Shown piece by piece: positions 1 through 15,000 of a stretch of 64,000 nt of DNA. Under the pieces are notes generated by a model. It worked only from the letters and a program-made list of their open reading frames with translations. It did no database searches and was not told where the DNA came from. The stretch is taken from the NCBI GenBank assembly GCA_029261035.1, contig JAJDCD010000012.1:158776-222775 (forward strand), read 5' to 3'. Source of the stretch: Candidatus Omnitrophota bacterium (GTDB lineage Bacteria; Omnitrophota; Omnitrophia; Omnitrophales; JACROU01). Numbering within the stretch: position 1 is the first letter of the stretch; each line of letters starts with the position of its first letter. A program made the translations under genes and the position numbers.

Positions 1-3000
1 GTTGTTTTATAATTTCCTGTAAGACCGACAACATCCAACCCTGTTGAAAGAAGACTTGCCGCTAAAAATCCAAGAGGACCTGTTAATGTTCCTAAAGCAA
101 GAATAGATGCCGTTGTTACAGCTTGTGTGACTTCGTATGCTGCATTTAAAAACCCACCTCGAGATTGGATGATGTTTTTTCCTTCTTGGTGTTGAACGTT
201 CCATGTCGTCCAACCACTAATTGGAGTTGATTCTACGGGAGCACTTCCAGGTGCTGGTGGCAACTGACCTTTTGTATTGAATGGAATTTGAGCCATCTGT
301 TGTTGCTGAAAGTAGTCTTTTTTATCTTCACTGGAAACAAAAATTGCTCCAAGAGCTGGCGCAACAGAACCATTAAACCAGTTATTTTCTACTTCTGTGT
401 ATCCCAGAACAGCTCTACGCTCTCGATAAGATGTTTCTGTTAAATCATCACCAGTTGCATTGGCATTTTGAGGATTGGATCGAATAACATCTAAAGCATC
501 GGCTTGAGTATGCACTATTTGACCTGCTTTAGGGTGATCTTGTTGATTCCCTTCAGAGTCTGTCGTCTTAGCTGGATATCGAACCACCTCTCCATTGTGC
601 TTAAATGCTTGTAATGGGGGAACGACATTTCCTTTATGATCCCTTGTAACCTCTTCTGTTGCTTGTATTATAGTTCGTTGACCAAATTTATCAGAGCTCC
701 ATCCTCCAATTTGCTGATCAAATTCATTCATCACAGTAACACTCGTTTTCTCTATGGCGCTATCTGTCCCGTTAGGGTCAACTTCGCCATCTTCGTTATA
801 TTTAACTGCAGTAAAGTTCTGTCTAATAACAATTTTATTTCCTAAATCATCCACACTATTTGTTGTTAAGCTGACAGAACCATCAACAGCAAAACCTACA
901 CGCCCGACTACTTGCATTTTTCCGTCATCATCTGGTTTGTAAAAAGTCGTATTGACACTCCCGTCACTTCCTCTGCTTCGAATACCAACCGAGTCTTTAA
1001 TATCTTCAAAAGCACGATCTCTAAATCGACTACCTGTCTGATTGGACTCTCCACTTTCAGGATTAGCATAATCACTGAATAACTGTCGATAACTTTGTCC
1101 ACTGCCCAACCCTTCACCTTGACCCACAAAGAAAATAGTATCTCCAGATTTTGCAGGGACAAACGTAGGCTTATCACTACCATCCAAGAATAAGTTCACA
1201 CCCTGACGTTGCCACTCCCCATCAGAATCCTTATTATAAATAACTGATCCTTGAACCGTACTTTTCACTTTAGATGGATCTGACTGATCTCCTAATTCCA
1301 CTTGTACTTTTTCTGCAACCAAACGGGTCGTGGCAACAAAGGTACGAACACCTGCCGTATTAACAACATCCGAACCAATCAAAACTTCTCCTTGAGTCAC
1401 AATACTACCAACCATACGAGTATCCACAGAACTAAAGGTATAAACAACCTGTTTACCTTCGCTATCTTTTGTTTCAAGACGCGCTCCGGCTCTTAATGGA
1501 ATAAAGGTGTTCGTTCCAGCAGCATCCACACTTGTTTTAAGGTGAGTTCGGTTATTAATGGTAGAACCTACAAATTGATTATTTTGAATCACTATCCCAC
1601 CCAAGGTGCTTGTCGTAATCGTAGAACCTTTTGTTAAAGTCGTGGTAAATACATCCCCTGTATAGGTTCCTGTTTCATTCCCTTCATCATCTAGTGTTTT
1701 ATAAACTGTGTTGCCATTTTCATCCTGGGTTGCTCTTAATTTAACTCCATCCTTACCTTCATAACCGGTAATAAAATTATCACTCAAAACGGTTTGTGTC
1801 TTAGTTTTACTTCCAGGAACCGTTAATGTAATACCAAACACCGAACCCATTTGAATTTCACCAACAACCGTTCTCATCTGATTACCAGCATTATCGGTTT
1901 GAACCATTGCTCCAGAAATTAACTCCGTCTCACTCGTTTCATTACCATCTTCACCAATAACAGTCTTAATTTCAAAAACAGCGCCTTGCTCAAGCGTTAA
2001 ACTTCCACCTAGTTTATAATCATTGGATAATGCACGATGCCTTAATGTTTTAGAATCTACTGCAGAAATTTCTACTTTGTCACTAGTCATTGCACCACTA
2101 ATGAGACGGCCATCTCTCATCACAGAGCCTACTGCCATTTTAAACTTAGGAGACAGAATAGGGTTACCGTCTGCATCTAATTTAGGAGTACCATCTTCAT
2201 TTTTAAGAGGAACTCCACCTAATTCAATCCCATCACCTAAAAAAGTTTGTTCTGTATGTCTAGCACCATCGGAACCTTCATACTTCATTACATACATTCT
2301 TGTACTACCTTCTCCTTGCCAAATGCCTCCATCCACATGATTCATGGTGGTTTTTCCGTCTACCACATTAAACTCAACGACAGCGCCACCATCTAAGGTA
2401 ATACCACCTAACTCAATAGTTCCTAAATTAGCAGAATACGTAGTTTTAGTCGCTCCACCCTCCACAACTTCTTTAGAAGTACGTAACCCCGTTTTACTGT
2501 TATAACTTTCTCCAGTCGTTAATTGCCCATTCGTAACAATGGTTCCATCTTTATAAATCATGTTTCCAATTTGAGCATTGTCCTTAGTAATAGTTAAAGT
2601 ATCCGTAACCTCTCCGTTAGCACCTGCTTCTGTCACTTGAACAAAACCAATAGCTTCGTTGGTCTTAATCATTTTCCCACTAATCAGTTTCCCACCAACA
2701 AGTGTCGTGTTTTCTAATAATTGAGTCACAGTTCCGTCAGCACCTTCAATTTTAAAGTACTTGGTATAGGTCGTTGTACGAACAGTCGTTAATTCTCCCG
2801 TTTCATTACTAACTCGTTTTGTTGCTGTTGTAACAATACCCGTATTTTTATCCACCAATTTACCTTCAATCAAAACTCCATTTCTAAACACAGGTGTTTT
2901 TCCATTTTCTCCTCGTTCCAAAAAGACACCATCTCTAATTTCTGCTTTATCAACACCATCCAACAACTTCATCGTTTGTTCTGTCACACCATCTATCGTG

Positions 3001-6000
3001 TTATATATTTGACGAATTCCTTTTTTCTCGTTAACAACTTCTCCATTTGTAATTAAATCATTCACCATCTTAAGGCCTGCAGAATAAACCAAACCAGCCG
3101 CCTCGTTCTTTACTTCTCTTAATGTCGTGTTAATTTTGTATCCATTGCTAATCTCATTTCTCCACCCATTCACTTCATCCACAACCAAACCTTCCACCAT
3201 ACGACCACGCCAGAATGTTGTTCCTGCATCTGTTGTTATATTCCTAAGTACACCATCTACTTTACTGCGTCTTTGTTCTACCTTTTGAACCAATTGCTGA
3301 GTGTAAATAACTTTTCCAGCCGAATCCAAATGAACTTCCCCACCATCTTTAGTTACTGTAATGGTTCCAGATTTTTTACCTTCTGCATCGTATTGAAATT
3401 CGGAGGTTTGTCCTAAACCGCCCCCTTGGGTCGTTGATGTTCTTCGAAGAACCAATTCTCTCTGACCATCCTTTTCTTTGCCCACAGCTTCTCTTAACTG
3501 AGTCTCACGAACTGTTTTTATTTCCTTAACCTGTTTTCCCCCAATGTTATGAACCTCAACAACACGTCGAGCACTCGAAGTCTCTTCAGCCAACTTATTA
3601 CCACTATCCATATCATAAAGAGAGTTAACCGTAGTTCCGTTTGTTTTAACAATCTTAGAAGCTCTGCCATTCTGCATATCCCACCAAGACTTAAAGGAGG
3701 TTCGTGTGCCATCATCGGCTAAAATATTATGAGCTTCTTTTGCTCTATCAAAGAAGTCATCACTTGGAGGTTTGTTACCCGCAGTTGCTTCCTCATACTT
3801 TTTGCTAGCTTCAACCATTTTTGTAATGTAATTATTTACTTCTTCAAACATTACGTCATAATTCCCTCCAGAAGAAGTATTTTGAAATGCTCCTCCCTCA
3901 TAATCCATAGAACCTTTCAAACGTCTTTGTTCTGCTTCAATTAATCTCGTAAGCGCAGATCCGTCATTTCCTAAATCTGCCCCATGATTATGGTGGTCCA
4001 TATGATCCGGAGAACCGCACTGCGCTGGAGCTTTATGCGTGTAGCTTTTAACTTCTTTAATAACCCTTCTGCTTACAAAATCATTATCCAACTCTCTTTC
4101 GAACATTTTTTTCAAAGTAGTTTCTAATGTCTCTTTCATATCTTTAAATCGATCTACCACTCCATTGTTCAATCGAGCACCGTTAATTCTCTCAACTTCG
4201 TAAGCTTCCGTACGAGTCTGTGTATCTCGATCGTAAGTACTTCTCTGTCCCACTTTCCATTTAGAGCGGTAAGCAGTATATATAGTCGTGTCTTCATAAA
4301 TCTTTTTCATTAAGGTAGCAAGCTTTGCTGTATCTAAATCTGAAGCTTTTGATTTTTGAAAAGGGATATTGTTTAACTTTTCGCCCGTAAGAATCTCTTC
4401 TGTTTGGACATCACTATGAAAACGAACTCGAGAAGGTAAAATCTGAAGAGGATCCCAATCGCCAAAACGGTAAATAACTGTTTCATCCTGAACCAACTTA
4501 AAGTCTTGTTTAAACATATCTTCCCAGAGGTGCGCCATCTGATAAGTCTTTACATCTTTTTTAAATTCATCTACTTTAATTGGAGATGGCCATTTTTTAA
4601 TATATTCCAAAACTTTATTTCTCTCATATTTATCTTGTTCATAGGTAAATCCATCTTTCTCATAACTTCTATTTAAGATTTCATTCCCTTCTTGCTTTAA
4701 ATCTTCTTCTACAACCTCTGCAATAAGATCTGCTCTTTCATAAGCACTCATTTCATACCAGCTTTTCTTGGCTTCAACACGAGCAACAAACCTAATGTTA
4801 ATATCAAGCGCTGATAACTCATTCAAATCAACATCTGTAATGTTTGGGACTACTTCTCTTAAATGTTTTCTAGACGCTTTAATAAGAGCATTTCTATCCG
4901 CATCAATCAGCTTATCAATCTCTTCATTTACATATTTATCCATTGCATCGTCTACATATTTTTTCTTAATGATCAGCACATCTGTTTGTCCAACAGCGTC
5001 ATCTCTTTGTCGAACAGCATCATCAATTTGCTCTTGCGTGGAATTAGGATCATTCATAATACGTTGCAACTCTGCTTCTGCTTCGTTTTCTCCCCAAGCA
5101 TCAAAAAGTTTGGCTTTAATCTCATTGTAGTGATTATCATTTATAACAGTGTCCACAACACCTTCTTGAAACTCTGAAAAATCAAAATATTCGTGATTAA
5201 ATTTATCTCTTTCAACTTTAATTCCACGATCCGCTCCCATAAAACCTTCGTCTGTCTGAAAATCAATCCCACCGATCCCTTCTTCTATTTTATTGACTAA
5301 ATTCATCATACGACTAAACGACCCACCACCGCGTCCATCCGTATCCAAAATATCCTTAGTTGTAGGAAATGAAAGCGTTGTATCCTTTGTTGTTTCTGTA
5401 TAAGTACCATCCTCATTACGTCTATCTCCATAATATTGGCTATACCGTGGAGGCTCCCCAGTCATAATCCGTTCTTTTTCGTAAATTTTAAGAGGAGGAG
5501 TAGGCCCGTCTTGATATCTGTTTTCTTTATACTCATCGTATTTCTCTTCTGCACTTTTAAATACACCTCCCATACTGGTCATATCTAATTCAGGGGTGTA
5601 ACCTCCAGACATACTATAAAGTGAACGGCCATAATAATAGCCTGCATATTTGATAGGGTCGTCAGAAGTTCTATTCTTAGCAAGAATGCTTTCTGCCAAT
5701 GTTTTCATTTGAGGTTCGATCGTTGACTTTTGTTGCTTAATCCAATCTTTGTACGTATCAGCAGCATCACTAATCTTTCCTAAAGCTCCGTCCATCCCTG
5801 AAGATCCAACCAAAGCTTCATGTATTTGTTCAAATGCATCTCTGGATTTTTGAAATGCCTCTTGATAAGCTGCTTCTGTTTCATCCACAAATGTGGTGTA
5901 AGCTTCTCTAAATTCGTCTTGAGCTTTTTTATCAATTTCTTGTTTTGCATTTCGAATGGCATCTAACTGAGCAACAAACGTCTCTTCAATACCTTCTCTT

Positions 6001-9000
6001 TTCTCTTTCTCTTCTTTAAACATATCTTCTAAGGCTGTTTTAGCATCTTCTTGTTCTTGTTTTACTTTTGCTATTGCTGCATCCGTAGCATCCGCAAATG
6101 CTCTTTGCGCTGTTTTCCAAGCTGTTGTAATCCCATTCATGGTGCTTGCATAGTCTTGCTGAAATTGGCTTACTGCAGCTTCATAAATAGACTTTTCAGA
6201 GTTGATACTTGCAAGAAAGGTAGCTTCATCTTGATCTTCTAAGAATTGATTAAGAGCCACTCGCAAAGCTTCATCATAAGCTGTTTTAGCTTCAAAAATA
6301 CCATCGGTGTATTCCTGCTGAGCATTATCCCAACCTCTACGCGTTTTTTGTTCCTCCTGCTCTAGCGCAACTCTTGCTGTTCCTTTCAGTTTATTTTGAA
6401 GCTCTAAAGACAACTCTCTATTAGGGAACTCTTCTCTAAAATCTTGTATTTCTTTCTGAACATCTGGGTCTCCACCCATCACTTCGTAGTAGTCTTTCAT
6501 AGAGGCTTCAATTTGATAATCGTAATCCTGCAAAGCTCTATTAAAGGCTTGGTCACTCTCTCTAATCGCATCATATCTTGCTGTAACAGCATCATTAACC
6601 CATCTACTTTCATTAAAAGTATCATCAGCTCCAAGTTCATCCAAAACATCTCTCTCTTCCTGACTCAGAAGACCTCTAATTTCACTCATATCTGCCAAAG
6701 CATACCGTCTTTTGTATTGAGCAACAGGACCACCCTCATTCTCACCAAATCCATTCTCCCAAAAAGCTGCCGATAATTCGTCCGCCGCTAAAAGTTTCTT
6801 CTCATTCAGCATTCCAACCTGGTCTCCCCGTTCATGCAACCCTCTAAAGAATTTAGAAAAATCTAAAGCACTTCTTTTGTTAGGTGTGTAAGGTGCCATC
6901 CATCGTTCTACCGTCTCATTAACACTCAGTGGTGGCTCTTGCTTAGGATCGAATAAGAAAAATTTATCCCCATCATGTTCAAAAGAAATGGCAGCATCAA
7001 ATGCATCAAAATAGTCTTTGGTTTTGCTTGGTGTATAAGAGTAAGTGCCATCCTCATTTCGAACTTTCTTACCTAAACGCTCTTCTACGTAATCATTGTA
7101 AAGCTCTCTCATTTGTTCCCGTTCATCTGCCCCTGTGGTAGTTGTTCCTGAGGACGTAGGAGTATCAAAAGGAAAGCCAGAAAATGTACTACCAAACAAT
7201 TGAGTTCCTCTTAATGTTGAGCCTGTATCTGTTATAGATCCACTACCATACTGACTCACACTTTGAGTATAAAAAGGACTGTCCACTTCTTGTAGAAAGC
7301 TTTCCAAAGAATCTCTCTCTAAAGATAAGAACTGTGCGTAACGGTCAGAATCATTAAATAATTCTCTATCAAAAAATTCTTGGGTTTTAACTACATTCTT
7401 AGTAATTTGTTCCATAAAATCATTACTTCTCATATCCATTTCTGCTGCATTTTGAAGATAATCATCTAACACCATAGGATTCATTCCCGTTGTAATTCCT
7501 AACCCACCTGTAAAACTCCTAGACTCCCCATCCCAACGATCTTGGTTTGGATAAGTAGGAGCAACAAAACCACTACCAGCAACACCCGCATAAAGAACTA
7601 GGGTTGGAGGAGAAATTTGAATCATACCGCCACTATGGAAATAATCTCCTCGCTGATCTTTTAACCATGCTCTTAAATTTTCTTCCGTACGATTACGATA
7701 ATCAATAGAAGTCATATTCATCACATCAGCAAATTGAGCACTGTCTACATTCCATTTCTGCTCTGCGTCAGCAAGAGCTATCTCTCTCAAATGAACGGCT
7801 TCGGCTACTTTCTCTTGGTATGCTACAAGCTCTTTTTCCCATGTCGTTTCAACAGCTACGAGCTGATCCATCATATCTTTGTCTAAAGTAGCTATTGTTT
7901 CTTTAGAATCTGCTTCTGCCTGAGCTCTCTGAATTTCATAATCTTCAATAGCCTGTTTTGGTTGATGTGTTGTTTGTGATGTATTCGCTGCTGTTAAAAA
8001 GTCTTGAAGGGTCGTTTCGTACTGGCTAAAGGTGGCATTGGAATCGCTTGAACGATCATCTCCGAGCAACAGATCTACGCCTAGAGAACCTGCTTGCTCA
8101 GATAAGATTTCAACATAATGATCTAAAAATGATCTTCTATCATCCGACTGCATTCTTGCATCAAAATCTGCTTGAGAAATAGGTGATTGAGAGCCTGCTG
8201 CAGAAACAAAGGTTTGAACGACTCCTTGTAAAGCAGAATAATACTGAGACAACTTACTTTCTAAGGTATCCTCAAGAGTTAGAAGAGCTCCCTCAAGAGC
8301 TTTCTCCTGTGTAGCTCGCTGAACAGAAAAATTCTTTTCTATCTCTGTTTTAGCTTCGAAGTAAACTTGTCTTTTTGGGTCCAGATCTAAATCCAGTTGA
8401 ATTCGAGCCGCATTATAATTATCTGCAGCACTTTTTTTATCTTTCTCATAATCAATAATTGCTTGTTCCATCTTTAAAATTACAGGGTCTCGAGCTGTAT
8501 GGTATTCTTTATCAGAAAATAGTTGATAATTTTCAAAGTGAGATTTGTATCGTGCTAGCGAATCATCAGCATCCGCTTTAGCATCATTCCAAACGTCCAT
8601 AATGTCATCAAAGCGATTCGAAATACCATCATACTCCTTACTATCAACCATATCTGAAGCTGCCGCTTTCAAATCTGCCCAACGACTATCTCTGGAAACT
8701 TTAAAATTGTCTGCCTCACCCGTTCCCGTACCCATCATTTCATCTTTTACTCTATTAAGTCGATCTGTAGTGTTATCTATTAATGCTTCTACTTTTTCCA
8801 TATAGGCATCAATCATTTCATCAGAAGCCGTATCTAACTGAGCTTGTGTTGTCGTCTGTAAATTTAAAACATTCTGAGCAAGGTCCAGATCAGCAGTCTT
8901 AGAGTCAGCTTTTACTTTATCTGCAATTGCTTCTTTAGCAGCTCTTGCTGAAATAGATTGCCCTGTTTCAACCCACTTAATATTTCTTCCTGAAGGTGGT

Positions 9001-12000
9001 GTTGGGCGTGACTCTCCTATAATAAAATTCATAGCACTTTGAGCCATACTTACCATTTGAGTATAATTAGCCGCTTTTATATTGTTTCTTTTTTCTGTAT
9101 CCGTTTCACCATCATACATACTCGCTTCAAACTCACTTACCCATTGCGAAACAGATTTTCCACCAGGTTTATAACGTGTTCTTTCATGAGGTTGATAGGC
9201 TTCAACTTCTGAATTCCAACGATATGAAGTCCTTTCTTTTGATGCATACGCATTTAATTGCCCTAAAGCATAATCATAAAGGGCTATATAAGCAGCACGA
9301 TGGGTGTTGTGGTGACCTGTTAATGTAGTTTCAAAGCTATTAATTGCTGTTTCAACTTTGGCTTTGTTTGCACGATAATCTTTGACGAAATGTCCATCCG
9401 TTCCTTCTAAAGCTGGATCCAAAAAGTCAGGGTCATCTAATGCAATAGCATCTTCGTAAAAATTCTCAATATTATGAGGTTGATACAATTCTTTCAAATC
9501 GGTTGTGTGCTTTTTTAAATTCTCAAAGAGTTCCACCGTTCTCTTTCTTTGAACTAATATACGCTCCTTTACTTTTAACATATCCTTAGCATGCTCTAAA
9601 TCTCGAAGTAAAGGACTGCTGTCATCTCTATCGGAGGCTTGGTCATACAAAGCTTGTCTTTGTTCTACGATTTGTTTCGCTACATTGTAATCATGTTCTG
9701 CAAGAAACTTCTTCGCTGCCAAACCACGTATATCCAACTTACGAAGAACCATCATTCCAGCATCCACTTCTTCAAATGAGATATCATTCCAACTTTTATC
9801 TGAAATATCTTCAGCAAACTCTGCAGCTTGCCCCGGTTCTGCGCCGGCAGTCCCTTCTAATGCTTTTAAGTCTTTTTTAGCATTTGTGAGATCAAACTCT
9901 GCAGCTTTCACCGCTAACTCAGCTGCTGCAACAGCATCCCCCTCTGCCACTTTCAATTGATCTCTCGCATTTTTTAAAGCAATTTCTTTTGCTCGAATCA
10001 CTTCTCTCAAAGCAGCTCCCTGCCGACCCGACAAAGCTGCTTTTGCTGCTGTCATTGCTTGTTGAGCACGAGCCAAATCATCCCGATTATTCCCTTCAAG
10101 ATAATTACGAACATCATCATAATATTTTTCTGCAGATTTTAAGTTAGTTGCTAAATTCTCAGCAAAAACATCTTTATCTTGGAAAGAATTGATTGCTACA
10201 AAAAGCCGTCCTTCATCTTTTCTGAAATTCTCATGCGCTGTAACCACTTTAGATGTTTCTTTATAGAGTTTCTCCATGGTGGCATGTTCACGAATGCGAT
10301 TCGTAATCGCTTTAACAAATGCATTTTTCGCCTGAACAGGCATCACCAATTTAGGAGGAGGATCTTGAGATAAATACCTCGCGTTTTCAGCCATTTGATC
10401 CGTTAAACCTGTAAAATTCTTTAGATGAGGTGGAATGAATTTATATATTTCTGCTGTAGGACCAGCTGCACCAACCTGATAAGCAGCAAAGAGTTTGTGA
10501 ATTTGCGACATTGTTGGATCGTAGTTTGATTCTGTGTCCTTTTGATTTGCTGTGGCCTGCAAAGCAGCTGCGTCATTTCTTAACTCTACCGCTTCAGCTT
10601 CTTTCTTTACAGCAAATGCCTCTAACTCTTGGACTCGCTTCAACATATCTTGAGTCGGCTGACTTAAAGCGCTCAATTCGGAATTCGCTTTTACTGCAGA
10701 AGCTCGAGCTTCTGCTGCTGCTTCCTCTGCCACTTCCGCAGAAGTAATAGCCACATCCGCTTGATGCTGAGCTGAAGTCAAACTAAAGGTTTGATATGGA
10801 AGCTCTCCATCTAAGATGACGCTAGAAGGATCTCTGAAATTCGCATTTCTTGGATCTATATCATCCAAGAGTGACCCATCTCCTCTTTCATCAATAATAT
10901 CCTCAAAAGTTCCATCGGACATAATTGCAATTTGTTTTAAAACTTTTCTTGCCGAAATAACTGGCTGTCCATCCTCATCAAATTGATCTTCCAAATACCA
11001 TATCTCACCCTTAATTCCTGATGGATTCGTCCAAACAATTTTTCCGTTTGGAGTCATTGTTTCTCCATTTTGATAGAAAAGTTCATCTTGGGCCAAATTA
11101 GCTGTTCCAGCTACTCTGAAATCAGTAATCTCATCTCCTTCTTGAGGAGGTGGTGCATTCGCAGGAGAATTTGTATCTTTAATGTATTGCAAGGTCCAAC
11201 CATTTTTTAAACGCGCTGTCGTAACAGACCCAACAGAAGGCTGAAAACCCAATTGATTTCCTGCACCATCATAGTAAACCTCATTACCATCAAAATAAGC
11301 TGTTTTTAATGTAATGTTGCCACGATCATCTTTTTCATATTTATATTCATAAACTTTTGGTAAAGCTATGATAGAACCTATCTGAGTCCCTTCTGTAGGA
11401 GCCTCAGAAGGTACTGCTTCTTGATTTTGCAAAACTTGAAGAGCTGCACCATCATAAACTTCTGATTTAACCAAATCACCAGCATCATCATAATGATTAA
11501 CCGTTCTAGAAGCCCCATTAGGTCCTCCAGAAGAGTTATCAATCATTTTTACAAGCAACCCTTCTTCTCTAAAATATTCAAATTCGTGTGTAACACCATT
11601 TGCAATAGAAAGTGTCATATCTCCCTTTTCATCATATTCGATATGGCTTTCTAAGGTTTCTTCCTGTTGCGTGACTGGGTTGACCTGAACAGCAGTTCCA
11701 TCGACAATAGTTTTTAAAATTTTACCTTTAGGATCATCGTCTTCTCTTTCGTAAGTGTATTTCATTACAGAACCATCAGGACGGTTAACTTCTTTAATTG
11801 TTGTGTCCGAGTTAAATATGGTAACAGTTCCTAAAGTTGTTCTATCTTCTGGGAAAAATGGATCTTCTGTGATTTCAGAACGTTTAAACGCTTTTCCTTC
11901 ATCGTCAATACCGTAAGTCCAAGAAGTCACAATCCCTCGTCCATCAATGTTTTTAGTTAACTTTCCTTCAACATCGAATTCTTGAGCATTCATCGTTCCG

Positions 12001-15000
12001 ACCAACTCAGGGCGATCTGACTTAACCGTTCTAGCAATTTTCCCAATCACATTGCCGACCGCATCCGTTATATTTTGGTATTCAATACGATTGTTATCAT
12101 CTTCAAAAACAAGGAGATTATTGGTGATGGGGTCAAATTCTTTGGTGATGGTATTGTCTTCGAGGTGATCGATTTGCTTGATTAAATTTCCGTAAGAATC
12201 AAATACCTGCTCTACTTCTGCTTTTCCTTGGTCATCTTCAACGCTAACAAGCTCTCCATCCGATCCAAATTCTCGAATGATAGTGGATGCTGCAACGTTA
12301 GCCAACCCAACAAAGCCAGCAGATAGTGCTTGTTGCGCGACTTCATCTCCCAATCCTTTAAATAAGAAGTCGCCTTTGGCTTCAGGAGAATCCTCTGGTG
12401 GCGCTCTAACATTAGGTTGATCATCTAAAATTCCGTCTGGTTCTGAAATTTCGGGTGGCAATAAAGAAGATTCTGGGATTTCGGGAATGTCAAAAAGCTG
12501 AACTACAGGCGCTGAAGAAAAGTCAGAAACATCCAAAACCCCGCTAGGACCACCTAGCCCTAAAGGACTAATAACAGAAGGTGCTCCAATTGCTTGAAAA
12601 TCAGCTAGAATCGATTCTGCTGACTGCCCTCCTTCAACATCTAATACGGATAAGTTAACTGCGCTAGTAGAGTCCGCAATATGTTTACCCCACTGTGTTG
12701 GTGAGCCAATATTTAAAAATTGAAGGTTGGCAGCCGTTTGTATGACTTCCGCCCATTCTTCAGGGGTGTTCATATTAGGATAAGGTCCAATGATAGACGA
12801 CAAATTATTATTAATAATGGAAACGATTTGTGATTTTTGGTTTCCTGCTTCACTGACTGCCTTTAATAGTCCTCTTGCTTGAGTAATATTTTGAATCCCC
12901 CCTGAATTTCCATAATATCCTGGAGTTCCAAAAATCTGATCTTTACTGACACCTGCACTCAAAAGCTCTATTGCAATAGCAACACCTTCCCCTTTGTCAT
13001 AACGTAAGCTATCCAGAATACCCGCAATTTGTTTAAACGTGTTTCCTCTTTGTTCATAATAATTATAAATATTATTCGAACTGTCTGTAGGATCTTCATA
13101 GTCATATTGATATACAGAGCCATAATAATTTGTTTTTGCTGTCAACTGCCCTTTAGGAATATAATTTAATGATAGTAATTGGGAATTAAATGCAGCCTTG
13201 AACAAGTCTGTCGCTTCGCTCAACTCCCCACCAACATGCTCTAGATAACTATTAAGCATCTCGTTCAAATCAACAACGCGAGAATCTTCCAAAGCTCCAC
13301 TTTCATCTAAAAGCACGTCATAAAGTTGCTCTAACTCTAAAGTCTGATCAAAAATCATCACAGCCAGCAAAGAAACTCCCGCACTCACTAGTTGATTAAT
13401 AGATTCAGCTGAAATAATATTGTTTTGAACTTTATCTGAAATTAAATTTAATGTACTTTCTAAATCTAAACTTGAATGCATTTGAGCCATTGACTGAGCA
13501 GCGCTAACAAACGAAGCCGAAATACCCAAAGCAGCCAAATTATCTACTTTTTCTTTCATTACAGGATCCGAAATAAGTGCATGCATTGAATTTAAAGCAT
13601 CGATACTACTGATAGAAGAAAGATCTACGTCCTGAACAGCTAAATCAACAACCTTACTGACAACAGCATCCCATTCTTCTTCTGTGGAAGGGTCAGGATA
13701 TCTTCCAACAATATTAAACATGTTGTCTTTCAAGGCTGTAACTACTTTGTCTTTGTTTTCACCTGCTGCTTGAATTGCCTTTAAATAAGAAGCCATTTGT
13801 TCAACCGCCCCAACGTCATCCCCTGAGCTCCTACCATATCGATCTAATGTTCCAAACAAAAATTGAATATCAACACCCTCAGCAACAAATTGAGACAAGA
13901 CATTTACAGCGTCCCCTTCCTCATTTCTAAAATTATTAGAAAAATAATTTAAGAAAAGGTCTGCTTTTTCTTTTCTATCACCATAATAGTCATCCGTGTA
14001 ATCAGGATCTCCTGATTGTCCATAAGTGTAATTATAAACACTGCCGTAATAATTCGTATTAGCTGTTAATAAAGATGGATCAATAAAACCTTCAAACAAA
14101 GAATTTTCGAGTAAATTCTTAAATCCAGCTATTGCTGCATCAAGCCCCTCTCCAGCATTACCCTCCATGAAACCACTGACAATTGTATTAAATTTATCTT
14201 TACGATAACGATCAAAAGAACCATTCGTATTTTTAATCACATCCATAATTTTATTGAGCTCTAAATCAGAACCAAAAACCATCATGACTTGAGCGCTCAA
14301 CCCTGCTGTATTCGCCTGATCTAAAATATCTGAGGTTAAATCTCCATTTTGTAATTTAGTCATTAAATCTGTAAGAACAGCTGCTTTATCTATTCCCTCT
14401 GTTCCTCCAATACCAGCAACCATAGCCATAGATATTCCGGCATTTAAAGCATTTTCTGTTACTGTTTTTAAGTTGGGATCCGAAAGCAAGGCATTCATTG
14501 CTGATAACTGATCAGTACTTGTAATAGCATCTAAAGAAAAGTTTTGCGCCACCAACCCTGCCGCATCATTAACCACACTCAACCAATCTTCAACGGTTCT
14601 TTGTGATGGGTAACGACCAACAATAGTACTAATATTATTCTCTATTACTGTTATAACCGCTTCTAGATTATCTCCTGCGTTATTTAACGCCTGAATATAA
14701 GCTTGCATTTGCACTGTAGACTTCAAACCATCCCCTAATGTGCGTCCATACTGATCCAAACCACCAATCACTTTATCTAAATCAATGCCCAAATCATTCA
14801 ATTGAGCCATCAACTCCAACCCTTCTCCCTGATCATATCTTAATGTACTACTGGTAAGTAAAAAGAATCGATTTGCAATATTTTTTCGGTGAGTAAAATA
14901 GTTTTCTATATACCCTTCTTCTCCTTGAGTTCCATAACTATAATGACTAAAACTTCCATAATAGTTTGTTTCTGCCGTTAACTGATCAACAGGAATATAC

